Below are positions 47,001 to 55,413 of a DNA stretch of 64,000 nucleotides, piece after piece. This DNA is from Poseidonia sp. (GTDB taxonomy: Archaea; Thermoplasmatota; Poseidoniia; Poseidoniales; Poseidoniaceae). The DNA lies in NCBI GenBank assembly GCA_965661285.1, contig CBFIDD010000001.1:192001-256000 (forward strand), read 5' to 3'. Made by a program: the position numbers and the translations under genes. Numbering within the stretch: position 1 is the first letter of the stretch; every line of letters starts with the position of its first letter. The notes beneath the pieces were generated by a model that ran no database searches, was not told where the DNA came from, and saw only the letters and a program-made list of their open reading frames with translations.

Positions 47001-47664
47001 AACCGGCAACAACACCGGCGGAAACACCACCATCGACACCGACGGCGACGGCGTGTTCGACCAAGACGACCTCTGCCCCAACACCGCTGCTGGCGTGATG
47101 GTCGACGAGGACGGTTGCGAGGTCATTACGGCCCCAACCGATAATGACGGCGACGGCGTTATGGACGCTGATGATCTCTGTCCCAACACCCCTGCCGGCA
47201 CCACGGTGGACGCCACGGGGTGCGAGGTCGTTGACCCTGTGGACAACAACACGGACAACAACACCGGCAACACCAACGTTGCACCGAGCATCACCAACGT
47301 ATCGATCACCCCCCTCCTGCCGGAGATGGGCGACACCCTGACCTGCGCCTTCACGGCCAGCGACGACAACGGCGATACGCTCGCTGGCACCTATGTGTGG
47401 ACCGTGAACGGTACCATTGTAGCCGAACTTTCCAACACACTAAGCGATGGCTTCGATGTTGGCGACACTGTCACCTGCACGGTCTTGGTCACCGACGGAA
47501 CGAATTCCACCGAAGGAACGGCGACCACCGTCATCTTGCCCGCAGGCACCAACGATATTGTTGATGACCTCGAAGAGGGCGGCCTGCTGCCCTCGGTAGG
47601 CACCATCGGTACGCTCGTGGCCATCGCCTTCGGTGTTGGTCTGACCCGCCGCCAGGACGACTGA
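44008..47664 (+). CDS. Large Ser/Thr/Asn-rich cell-surface glycoprotein with tandem beta-rich repeats, TSP3-like repeats and C-terminal anchor
   Basis: Signal peptide; six Cys-pair modules; DxDGDGV..D.CPNT twice; very many N-x-S/T sequons; C-terminal LPSVG, hydrophobic helix, RR. Confidence 0.82.
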   Translation: MRTRVFALVALLLLTSLSAVLDQRSPFVLDQDKVSMESGNNSTGCGYNTTYFSVYGSYAPFPVYDGDTLNTTVSTSCNMLNQTMTASYGLSNSTTYLASGNWSWTATTLSDNLSFEVANIPAGTYVLTVDVYYGSNYTSLTSYNTTITVLTSNNSGGGTGCGYDVNNTMLMAYAGMYMYDNDPFTSWISTSCDLIGTPMLITVNITNTSGTMASTNFTYNGSTTGFSGNFNLSAGTLSAGNYSFAASLYYYHNTSGWTHVETDSTTITVLAYTSTSCGFQASSASVFAYSTYGGYDVGEDFEGVIATYCAIYNATMMLDWTLHDDDNNQSVDSGTYNWTAQQTQEVHYVNSTALSTATVGNYSFHVEYSWYNNSSMSVEVLDTDSDSFWVYNYTSGGGNQSSGCGSDPVHATVYAYSDFYAYDLGEDFDGTISTYCAMTNESMMLDWVLYDDDNNQSIDSGSFNWTAQLTSEQHNVTSTSLATAAEGNYSFTVEFSWYNTSSMAWEVLDSDTDGFFVMNMSSGGGNHSSGPSCSVYAWSDYYWFSVGDNFTGEVDSYCSLTNETLMIEWAILNTVTNMTVDAGNISWTTTMFSETQNVSSTALANQNAGNYSFAVMLSWYNTSSMAWELLDSDSDPFSIYSGSTGGGGNHSTGCGSDLAYTMVMAYASSSYNVGDTLYGAIDTYCPVSGEAFMVDWSVYSWDAGYNLTQSTFLWTANNSTHYHNVEVTNLSEGNWSLIATLYHYNTSSMSYDGIDQSMANFSVFNTTQPSIDGVVAASMTESNYASGDTVSWFIESSELVMGEDYHLEWAVVEIMSNTTVATGNASWTAYNNMSGEQGNLSGLSDGMYCLDASLYQQVDTYAYWVDYDYACFNVGSSTSGNHSDAFMNIDFDYQITQIDDDTIGLTYTVNNSGDWAGNFYYQAYLNPGDIIVDHVYGNVSINGMGVHTDSVTYDIDELTDGAEVCIEMAFVNINGTTEAEGNECLTIDIDNGSNTGNETGNNTGGNTTIDTDGDGVFDQDDLCPNTAAGVMVDEDGCEVITAPTDNDGDGVMDADDLCPNTPAGTTVDATGCEVVDPVDNNTDNNTGNTNVAPSITNVSITPLLPEMGDTLTCAFTASDDNGDTLAGTYVWTVNGTIVAELSNTLSDGFDVGDTVTCTVLVTDGTNSTEGTATTVILPAGTNDIVDDLEEGGLLPSVGTIGTLVAIAFGVGLTRRQDD

Positions 47665-47699
47665 GCAAGCACTATCAGGCCCCTCCGCAAGGAACGGGC

Positions 47700-48467
47700 G
47701 TGAACACGGTGGACCAACTCAAGCAGGCGGCACGCCGCTTGTCGGCAGCGTGCGACAAAGCCATCGCTGGGCTCGAAGCTTCAGGTGCGGTCGCTCACGC
47801 CACCAACCCGCTCAACTATGCGTGGGCGCACCACGAACAATACCTCGAACAGTGGGGCGGACGGGGTGCCACCACCCTGCTGCTGGGCATGAATCCCGGG
47901 CCGTGGGGCATGGCACAGACGGGCGTGCCCTTTGGGGCGACACAGGTGGCGAAAGATTTCCTTCGCATCGAAGGGCGGCAACTCAGCACGCCGGCGAACG
48001 CCCATCCCAAGCGACCCATCGTTGGCTTGGGCCTTGAACGTCAGGAAGTCTCAGGAACACGACTGTGGAACCTCATGGAGGAATTGTACGGTAGCCCAGA
48101 GGCGACCTTTGCCAACCTGTTTGTCGTCAACCACTGCCCGCTCTTGTTGCTGGGTGACCGCGGCCAGAACATCACGCCGGACAACCTTCCCAAAGGGCTG
48201 ATTGAACCGGTGCTGGAAGCCTGCGACGACCACCTTCGAGAGGTCGTTGAGGTGATGGGCATCACCCGCATTGTCGGGGTTGGCAAGTACGCCGAAAAGC
48301 GTGCTCGGATGGCCTTCAACGCCGGAAAAAAAGGGCCAGGAACGACCAGCAGCGGGCGGGAGATCGAGATCACCACCTGCTGGCATCCAAGTCCGGCCAG
48401 CCCGCTGGCGAACCGAAACGACGGGGCCGACTGGCGCGAAAATGTTCGAAACGTCCTCATCGGCTAA
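47700..48467 (+). CDS. smug1: SMUG1-type (family 3) uracil-DNA glycosylase
   Basis: NPLNYAW, GMNPGPWGMAQTGVPFG, EVSGTR, NHCPL, HPSPASP. Confidence 0.9.
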   Translation: MNTVDQLKQAARRLSAACDKAIAGLEASGAVAHATNPLNYAWAHHEQYLEQWGGRGATTLLLGMNPGPWGMAQTGVPFGATQVAKDFLRIEGRQLSTPANAHPKRPIVGLGLERQEVSGTRLWNLMEELYGSPEATFANLFVVNHCPLLLLGDRGQNITPDNLPKGLIEPVLEACDDHLREVVEVMGITRIVGVGKYAEKRARMAFNAGKKGPGTTSSGREIEITTCWHPSPASPLANRNDGADWRENVRNVLIG

Positions 48468-48507
48468 CGGGGTGATGTTCAAATGCTCAACCCGACACTC
48501 AAGGCGC

Positions 48508-50415
48508 ATGGAACCCTTTGAACTTGCATGGGAACGCCAGCCCGACGACCGACAGTGGGAAAAGCCCGAAGGCGACGACCCCCGAACACTCTACCAGATG
48601 TTGATGACCAGCGTGGACCGCTTTGGCGACCTCAACTGCTTTGGCTATATCCCCGAAGCTGGCATGCCCCGAACCCACATGTCCTACACCGAATTTGGCG
48701 GCCTCGCCACCGCCGTGGGCAAGCAACTCGCTGCTGTTGGCATCAAGACCGGCGACCGCGTGGCCCTGATTCTCAACAATTCCGTGGAATGGGCTGCGCT
48801 CTCCTACGGTGCCAACGGCATCGGTGCTGCTTACACCGCCATGTACACCCACCAGCACGGCAGCGAATGGGCCTACATCCTTAACGATTCAACCCCTGCA
48901 CTGCTCGCTGTGGCTGACACCGGTGTGCTCGACAAACTGGTTGAGCACATGCCAAAGGAAGCGAGTGGATGGCCAGCGTGCGGCGTGCTGCTGCTCGGCA
49001 GCGAACCTGCCAACGAACTTCCCCCCGAAGGTGTCACCGTTCATGCGTGGACCGAATTTGTTGCCGCCGGTCGAGAAGCCGAGATGTTTGAAATCGCTGA
49101 CGACCCGTTTGCGCTCAACACGCTGATTTACACCTCCGGTACGACGGGCAACCCCAAGGGTGTCATGCTCTCCAACTGGAACACGTTGTCCAACATCCTG
49201 TGCGTGCAGTCAGCCTTCACCATCTATGTGGGCGACAAGAACGCCGCGTTCCTGCCCTGGGCACACTCCTTTGGGTCCACCTTTGACCTGCACTGGATGA
49301 TTCGCTGTGGTGTGCACATCAACCTGATCTCTGACTTGACCAAGATCGCCGACGAGTGTATCGAGATCAAGCCCGCCGTCTTGCTGGCCGTCCCCCGTGT
49401 TTGGAACAAGTTCTACGACCGTGTGAACGCTCAGTTTGAATCTGCGACCGGCCTCAAGAAGGTCTTCATCAAGAATGCTCAGAAGTCCGCCGCCAAGCGC
49501 ATCGCCAAGGCCGGTGTGGAATGCGACAAAGTGCCACCCAGTGGTTTCTTCGACAAGCTGTGGGACAAGCTGGTGTGGTCCAAGGTCCGTGCTCGATTCG
49601 GTGGCAACATCCGCTTCTGCATGTCCGGTGCTGCCGCCCTTTCCCCCGATGTGGCTGCCTTCATCCAGATGGTCGGCTTCAACTGCTACGAAGGCTACGG
49701 TTTGACCGAAACCTCCCCGCTCGTGTCCGCCAACGGCTGGTCTGGACCCGGAACCAGCCGCCTGAACACCGTCGGCAAGGTTGCCAACGGCGTGAAGGTC
49801 ACCATCGACACGGATGCTTGGGACGACCCTGAGCGCCCCGACGAGGGTGAAATCGTGGTCACGGGCCCCAACGTCATGATGGGCTACTGGAACAACGAGG
49901 AAGCCACCAAGGAAGTCATCATCGAACCTGGCACCTTCCGTACCGGTGACCTTGGCAAGTTGACCAACGGCTACCTCTCCATCACCGGTCGCGTGAAGTC
50001 GCAGTTCAAGTTGGAGAACGGCAAGTACGTCGCGCCCTCCGGCCTTGAAGAGACCATCACCCTCAACCCGCTGGTGGAGCAGTGCGTCCTCGACGGCCGA
50101 AACATGCTGAACACCTTCCTCATCGCCCACCCGAACATGGAAGCCCTCCGTGCCGCCCTCAAAGGCGCTGGCAAGGACGCCTCGGGCGACGATGCCGCAC
50201 TCTGTGCCAGCTCTGAAGTACGAACCTTCGTACTTGAGGACCTCAAGAAGAACAACATGGTTGCTCCCGACTGGAAGGGCTACGAGGTCGCCAAGACCCT
50301 CATCCTCGACCCCGAGGAGTGGACCACCGACAACGAGATGCTTACGCCCTCGTTCAAGGTCAAGTTGCGCAACCTGCTCGCCAAGCACGAAGACGAAATC
50401 AAGGCTATCGCTTGA
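48508..50415 (+). CDS. Long-chain fatty acid--CoA ligase (AMP-binding)
   Basis: IYTSGTTGNPKGVML, FLPWAH, GYGLTE, RTGDLG, GRVK, NGKYVAP. Confidence 0.92.
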   Translation: MEPFELAWERQPDDRQWEKPEGDDPRTLYQMLMTSVDRFGDLNCFGYIPEAGMPRTHMSYTEFGGLATAVGKQLAAVGIKTGDRVALILNNSVEWAALSYGANGIGAAYTAMYTHQHGSEWAYILNDSTPALLAVADTGVLDKLVEHMPKEASGWPACGVLLLGSEPANELPPEGVTVHAWTEFVAAGREAEMFEIADDPFALNTLIYTSGTTGNPKGVMLSNWNTLSNILCVQSAFTIYVGDKNAAFLPWAHSFGSTFDLHWMIRCGVHINLISDLTKIADECIEIKPAVLLAVPRVWNKFYDRVNAQFESATGLKKVFIKNAQKSAAKRIAKAGVECDKVPPSGFFDKLWDKLVWSKVRARFGGNIRFCMSGAAALSPDVAAFIQMVGFNCYEGYGLTETSPLVSANGWSGPGTSRLNTVGKVANGVKVTIDTDAWDDPERPDEGEIVVTGPNVMMGYWNNEEATKEVIIEPGTFRTGDLGKLTNGYLSITGRVKSQFKLENGKYVAPSGLEETITLNPLVEQCVLDGRNMLNTFLIAHPNMEALRAALKGAGKDASGDDAALCASSEVRTFVLEDLKKNNMVAPDWKGYEVAKTLILDPEEWTTDNEMLTPSFKVKLRNLLAKHEDEIKAIA

Positions 50416-50448
50416 GGCGTTTATATCCCCTCGAACGCTCATAATTTC

Positions 50449-50754
50449 ATGAGCAACAACAGCGATGGAGGCAGGACGCCCGAAGCCCTTCGGGCACGCT
50501 TTGAACCCCACCTCATGGAAACCTTTCACGAGCAGCGCGTGCTGTTTGAGGAAGGCCGCATACGCCTTCATGCCACCGCCAGATTGGAATGCGATGCGTG
50601 GGGCGTGAGTGTGCGCCTTGAGCCCGAAACCGATCGAGATCCGTTCACCGTCTCGGGCGCTTGGGAAATCCTCTCGGTGTGGAAGAACCGGCTGGGTGCG
50701 GCTTACGTGAGTTGGGGTATTTCGTTGCCTGAGGACGAAGAAACAGACCCTTGA
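50449..50754 (+). CDS. Hypothetical protein
   Basis: Fills an intergenic gap; TTTATA box 29 nt upstream of the ATG. Confidence 0.6.
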   Translation: MSNNSDGGRTPEALRARFEPHLMETFHEQRVLFEEGRIRLHATARLECDAWGVSVRLEPETDRDPFTVSGAWEILSVWKNRLGAAYVSWGISLPEDEETDP

Positions 50755-50770
50755 ACAGGGTGCTCAGGCA

Positions 50771-53509
50771 TCAACGGTTGTTGAGGTAGTCTTCACCGTA
50801 CCACGCCCACTGCTCCATCGTCCAGCCGGGCGGCAGGCCTTCGGGCGGAAGCGGCGGTCCGGTCTGTGTTGGCGGCGCTACAGCGGGAAGCCCCGGTACC
50901 GCTGGAAGTGCAGGAAGGGTTGGCAGAACCTCGCTCGGTCCACGTCGACGACCCACCATGAACAACAACAGGACGACGACCACGATGAGCGGCACGCCCA
51001 CGGTCAACAGGTTGCCCGAAAGCAGACCCGCCTCGTGCTTGGTGGCGTCTTCAGGGTAGGCGTCAGCGGAGTTCGACCAGCCATCGCTGTCCGTGTCGGG
51101 GCAGCCAAGGGCGTCCTCGGTCGACGTACCGTAGACCTCGGGACAATCATCGGAGAGGGCCGTGCCTTGCTCGTCGGCGTAGCCGTCATCATCGGTATCG
51201 GACCACAAAAGCACGTCATCGGGGAAGGCATCGAAAGCGTCGGCCCAACCGTCTCCGTCGCCGTCAAGGCATCCGAATGCGCCCAAGGTCGACGTTCCCG
51301 CAACATCGGGGCAAGCGTCGGGCTGAACGCCCTCGGCGTTGTCGCCATAACCGTCGCCGTCGGTGTCGAGATGCTGGGTTGGCTCCTCGGGCAGGCCGTC
51401 GTTCGCATCGGACCAGCCGTCGCCATCACCGTCCACACAACCGAAGCGGTCTTGCGTTGAGGTCCCCGCTGTCTGAGGACAAGCATCGGGCTGGAAGCCG
51501 GCGTCGTTATCGCCGTAGCCGTCGCTGTCCGCATCGAGATGCTGGGAGGCGACGGTCGGGAAGGCGTCGTTCGCGTTGGACCAACCGTCGCTGTCGGTGT
51601 CGGCGCAGCCGAACCGGTCGTAGGTGGAGGTCCCCGGACGCCCCGGACAGGCGTCGCCTTGGAAGCCGTCGGGGTTGTCCCCGTAGCCGTCTTCGTCCAC
51701 GTCGGCCCACTGGGTGCCGTCGACCGGAAAGGCGTCGATGTTGTCGCTGTAGCCGTCGTCGTCGCCGTCAGCACATCCAAGCACACCGCCCATGGAACTC
51801 GTACCCGCCACTTGCGGGCAGTTGTCTTCGGCGTCCTGAACACCGTCGTTATCGTCGTCGAGGTCTTCGTTCGAATCTTCACACCCGTCTCGGTCAGCAT
51901 CGTTGCTGTTGGAGGAGGTGAAGCCGAGGGTGCTGTTCGGACAGAGGTCTTCCTCCACGGACGAAACGGTGCAGGCCCACGCAACATCGGTCGTGGTGCC
52001 GTCGCAGATGCCGTCGTTGTCGTCGTCGAGGTCTTCACCTGCGTCCTGGCATCCGTCGCCGTCGTAATCCGTCGCAGTGGACGAGGTCCAGCCGAGTTGC
52101 CCTGCAGCGCAGGCGTCGGCGAAGTCAAACACGCCGTCGTTATCGTCGTCGTTGTCCTCAACGCTGTCTCGACAACCGTCGCCGTCGTGGTCGGTCGCAA
52201 CGCTGGAGGTCCAGCCGAGTTCACCTCGGTCGCAGGTGTCATTAACATCAAGCACGCCGTCGTTGTCGTCGTCATCGTCGCACGCATCTCCCAGTCCATC
52301 CCCGTCGGTGTTGAGCTGGGAAGCGTTGGGCACAAACGGGCAATTGTCGGCCTCATCGCCCACGCCATCGCCGTCCTCATCGGTGAACGGGTCGATGCGA
52401 ACGACCTCGTCCTGACCGTTATCGACGTAGTAGAGATGGCCGTTGGGTCCGAATTCGAGCCCCATGATGGCGGTGGCCGACGTTTGGATTTCGTCAGCGT
52501 AGGTGCCGCCTTTGCCGTCGGAAGGCAAGTCGTAGGCGACGATGTTGCCGTTGCTGTACTCCGAAACAAAGAGGTGGCCGTCGTGGAGGGCGATGCCGGT
52601 TGGACGGTCAAGACCGGTGGCGAGCACACCCCATTCGATGCCGTTGAATCGTTTGTACTCGGCGAGCGGTTCAAGCCGTGAAGGGTCGTTCATGAGGTCG
52701 GTGGAGGTGTAGGTGGCATCGTCGGTGTTGACCCATAGCACGCGGTTCGCGGCGGGGTCGGCAATGTAGAGAATCCCCGTATCGTGGTCGAGTTCCATGT
52801 GGCCGGGGACACCGAGCACGTGGCCGAGTTGGATGTCGGAGTAGCGGTGAACGATGGCGTCGGAGTGGTCGTCGTAGCCCGTGTCGTGGTCTTCAGCGAA
52901 GTCGTAGCGAACCAGTTCACCGTAGTGGCCGTCGTTGTACCAGTACACGTTATCGTAGTCGTGAGCGATGCCCGTGCCGTAAGGGGATTCGTGGTTCATG
53001 TCGATGTGGCTGCCCAGCAAGTTGTTGTTTTGGTTTTCAACGGAGTAGTGGTCAAGTGAGGACGGCCAGAGCGTGGGCCCCATGAAGTTGTTCGCTTCTG
53101 CCTGACCGCAGTAGGTGTTGGCCGTTTCTTGGGCGGAGCCCCACTGCCAGTCAAACTCGGGGTGGTAGGCACCAAAGGCGATGGCGCTGACCTCCTCAAG
53201 GAAGTGGTTGCTGTAGGCATCCTCGCGGTTCTCCGACGTTTGGTTCTCAAGGCCGGTGTTGTGCACAATCGTGATGCTGTCCGTGGCCCGGTTGGCGACC
53301 CACAACTCGCCCGTGCGGCCGGGATGGAATTCCAAATCCCGAGGGTCGTCAAGGTCGTCGAGGTAATCGGCGATGACCGTCTCGACAAATCCGTCGCCAA
53401 ACGCATCCACCGTCTCCGTGTCCTCGGCTTGGGCGGTGTAAATTGGGACAGAAGGGAGAGCGAAGAGGAGAAGGAAGACAAGGGAGAAGGCAAGTTTTCG
53501 CTCCATCAT
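50771..53509 (-). CDS. Cell-surface protein: beta-propeller-like domain, many thrombospondin type 3 repeats, TM anchor and GWTMEQW tail
   Basis: Signal peptide; PRDLEFHP/PTGIAL/GLEFGP NHL-like blades; repeated DxDxDG and DAFP/DACP units; TM helix followed by RRR; GPPLPPEGLPPGWTMEQWAWYGEDYL. Confidence 0.85.
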   Translation of the reverse strand: MMERKLAFSLVFLLLFALPSVPIYTAQAEDTETVDAFGDGFVETVIADYLDDLDDPRDLEFHPGRTGELWVANRATDSITIVHNTGLENQTSENREDAYSNHFLEEVSAIAFGAYHPEFDWQWGSAQETANTYCGQAEANNFMGPTLWPSSLDHYSVENQNNNLLGSHIDMNHESPYGTGIAHDYDNVYWYNDGHYGELVRYDFAEDHDTGYDDHSDAIVHRYSDIQLGHVLGVPGHMELDHDTGILYIADPAANRVLWVNTDDATYTSTDLMNDPSRLEPLAEYKRFNGIEWGVLATGLDRPTGIALHDGHLFVSEYSNGNIVAYDLPSDGKGGTYADEIQTSATAIMGLEFGPNGHLYYVDNGQDEVVRIDPFTDEDGDGVGDEADNCPFVPNASQLNTDGDGLGDACDDDDDNDGVLDVNDTCDRGELGWTSSVATDHDGDGCRDSVEDNDDDNDGVFDFADACAAGQLGWTSSTATDYDGDGCQDAGEDLDDDNDGICDGTTTDVAWACTVSSVEEDLCPNSTLGFTSSNSNDADRDGCEDSNEDLDDDNDGVQDAEDNCPQVAGTSSMGGVLGCADGDDDGYSDNIDAFPVDGTQWADVDEDGYGDNPDGFQGDACPGRPGTSTYDRFGCADTDSDGWSNANDAFPTVASQHLDADSDGYGDNDAGFQPDACPQTAGTSTQDRFGCVDGDGDGWSDANDGLPEEPTQHLDTDGDGYGDNAEGVQPDACPDVAGTSTLGAFGCLDGDGDGWADAFDAFPDDVLLWSDTDDDGYADEQGTALSDDCPEVYGTSTEDALGCPDTDSDGWSNSADAYPEDATKHEAGLLSGNLLTVGVPLIVVVVLLLFMVGRRRGPSEVLPTLPALPAVPGLPAVAPPTQTGPPLPPEGLPPGWTMEQWAWYGEDYLNNR
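51040..52390 (-). repeat. Thrombospondin type 3-like Ca-binding coding repeats
   Basis: Recurring D-x-D-x-D-G units with CP and GC dipeptides (approximate boundaries). Confidence 0.8.
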
Positions 53510-53593
53510 GAATCGTATGTGTGGCGCTTCGCATTTGATACCTTGCTTTTCCTGCGCTCAAACGTAGCTGCTGTGTGCGGATTGGCCCGGTGT

Positions 53594-55270
53594 TCACACT
53601 TCGGAGACTTCACCTTCAGCCAAGGGCGGCAGGCCCTTCTTGGCTCGGACATAATCGGTGTAGTTGCCGTAATACACGGAGACCACGCCGTCTTGAAGTT
53701 CCCAAATGCGGTTGACGACCTGGTCGAGGAACCAGCGGTCGTGGGAGACGGTGATCAGCGAACCCGTGTAGTTGATGAGCGCCTCTTCAAGGGTGGCTTT
53801 GGAATCCATGTCCAGGTGATTGGTCGGCTCGTCCATCAGCAGGAGGTTGTTTTCCTCGAGCAGGAGTTTGAGCAGGGCCACACGCGCCCGCTCGCCACCG
53901 GAGAGTTGGGAGAGTTTGGTCGAGACCTGTTCGCTGGAAAATTGGAAGCGACCCAAGGCTGCACGGATGTCGCCGTACTGGAAGTCGGGACGGAGTTTCT
54001 GAATTTGCTCGACCGGATTGAGGTTGAAGTCAAGGGTCGCGTGGTCCTGATGGAAGTAGCCAATTTCACAGCCCGGGGCCAAATCCATCTTGCCGCTGGT
54101 CAATTTCTCGTCGCCGTTGATGAGTTTCAACAACGTGGTTTTCCCTTGCCCGTTGCCGCCCACGATGCCGATGCGGTCGCCCTTGCGGACTTCCAGCGAT
54201 TGGTTGTCGAGGATCTTGCGGTCCAGTCCTTCAAACGCCTTCGTTCCGCCGTCAATGGTGAGCACATCCATGCTGGCCTTGTCCGTCGCTTCGAGGGAAA
54301 GGATGAGAGGTTTGCGCTTCTTGGGCACGCGGGCTTTGAGCGCCTTCAATTCCTGCTGCATGCGCTCGATCATCTTGTGCTTGGCCGAGATGGACTTGTC
54401 GTACTTGTTCGCCCGCTTCATCTGCGCCATGGCGCCCATGGTGGATTGGATTTTCTTCTCAATGTTGGCGATGGCTTCGCCAAGTGCTGCCTCGCTGGCG
54501 GTCTTCTGCACGAGGAACTGGCTGTAGTTGCCCTTCCACGGCCACGCCCGAAGGTTGTCGATTTCCACGATGCGGTTGCAGACTTGGTCGAGGAAGTAGC
54601 GGTCGTGGGAGACGATGAGTTGGGCGCCTTTGAATTCGGTCAGGAAGGTTTCGAGCCACTCGGTCGTGTGGATGTCGAGGTGGTTGGTCGGCTCGTCAAG
54701 GAAGATGACGTCGATGCCGTTGAGGCCGACGAGTTGGCGAGCGAGCGCCAGTTTGGCCTGCTCGCCGCCCGAGAGTTTGTTGACGGGCATGTCCATGGGG
54801 TGCTGGTCGAGGCCGAGGCGCTCGAGAATGCCCTTGGCGATGCCTGCGACGTTGCCCCCACCGCTGGAGGCGAGGGTTTGCTGGAGTTCGCTGTAGCGTT
54901 CCATCACCGGTTCCCAATCGCCCTCGTAGAAGGCGGGGTCAACCATTTGGGCTTCGATGGCGGCGATCTCGTCCTCGAGTTCTTGGAATTGACGACCTTT
55001 GCGACCGAGTTCCTCTTCGATGGTTGAATCCGATTCAAGGTCTCGAATCTGTGTCAAGTAGGCGAGACGGATGCCAGGGGCGAATTCAACGTCGCCCGTG
55101 TCTTGCTTTTGCTCGCTGATGGTGTTGAGCAAGGTCGTCTTTCCCGCACCGTTGTGACCGACGATACCGATGCGGTCGCCGTCGTTGACTTTGAGGTTGA
55201 TGTCCTGAAGCACATCGACTGCACCAAAGGAGCGGTCAACCGCTTCGACGTTGATGAGTTCGCGTGCCAT
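53594..55270 (-). CDS. ABC-F family ribosome-associated ATPase
   Basis: Two NBDs (GHNGAGKTT and GGNGQGKTT; LSGGE, DEPTNHLD and SHDR each twice), no TM segments. Confidence 0.92.
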   Translation of the reverse strand: MARELINVEAVDRSFGAVDVLQDINLKVNDGDRIGIVGHNGAGKTTLLNTISEQKQDTGDVEFAPGIRLAYLTQIRDLESDSTIEEELGRKGRQFQELEDEIAAIEAQMVDPAFYEGDWEPVMERYSELQQTLASSGGGNVAGIAKGILERLGLDQHPMDMPVNKLSGGEQAKLALARQLVGLNGIDVIFLDEPTNHLDIHTTEWLETFLTEFKGAQLIVSHDRYFLDQVCNRIVEIDNLRAWPWKGNYSQFLVQKTASEAALGEAIANIEKKIQSTMGAMAQMKRANKYDKSISAKHKMIERMQQELKALKARVPKKRKPLILSLEATDKASMDVLTIDGGTKAFEGLDRKILDNQSLEVRKGDRIGIVGGNGQGKTTLLKLINGDEKLTSGKMDLAPGCEIGYFHQDHATLDFNLNPVEQIQKLRPDFQYGDIRAALGRFQFSSEQVSTKLSQLSGGERARVALLKLLLEENNLLLMDEPTNHLDMDSKATLEEALINYTGSLITVSHDRWFLDQVVNRIWELQDGVVSVYYGNYTDYVRAKKGLPPLAEGEVSEV

Positions 55271-55413
55271 GGTGGGTCCCTCACTTCGACGGCCGCCGTT
55301 GACCGTTGATAAATCACCCTCATCGCGCCAAGCGACCGGGCGCATTGCATCGGCGACCAGCATGAGGGAAGGGCCACCCTTGAATTGATGAACCAAAGGC
55401 TGCTGGAAGGAGC

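Noticed and set aside
51004-52681. 556-aa Thr-rich alternative-frame ORF and 380-aa antisense ORF
   Set aside because: Frame-shifted and antisense read-outs of the GAC-rich TSP3 repeats.
53129-55027. 632-aa plus-strand ORF
   Set aside because: Antisense to the ABC-F gene and the start of the TSP3 gene; no recognisable motifs.
55271-55413. Intergenic region before icmF with a CCCTCAT...ATGAGGG inverted repeat, as a possible cobalamin riboswitch or sRNA
   Set aside because: Only a 7-bp stem, no B12-box recognised, and icmF appears leaderless. An Rfam/Infernal scan would settle it.
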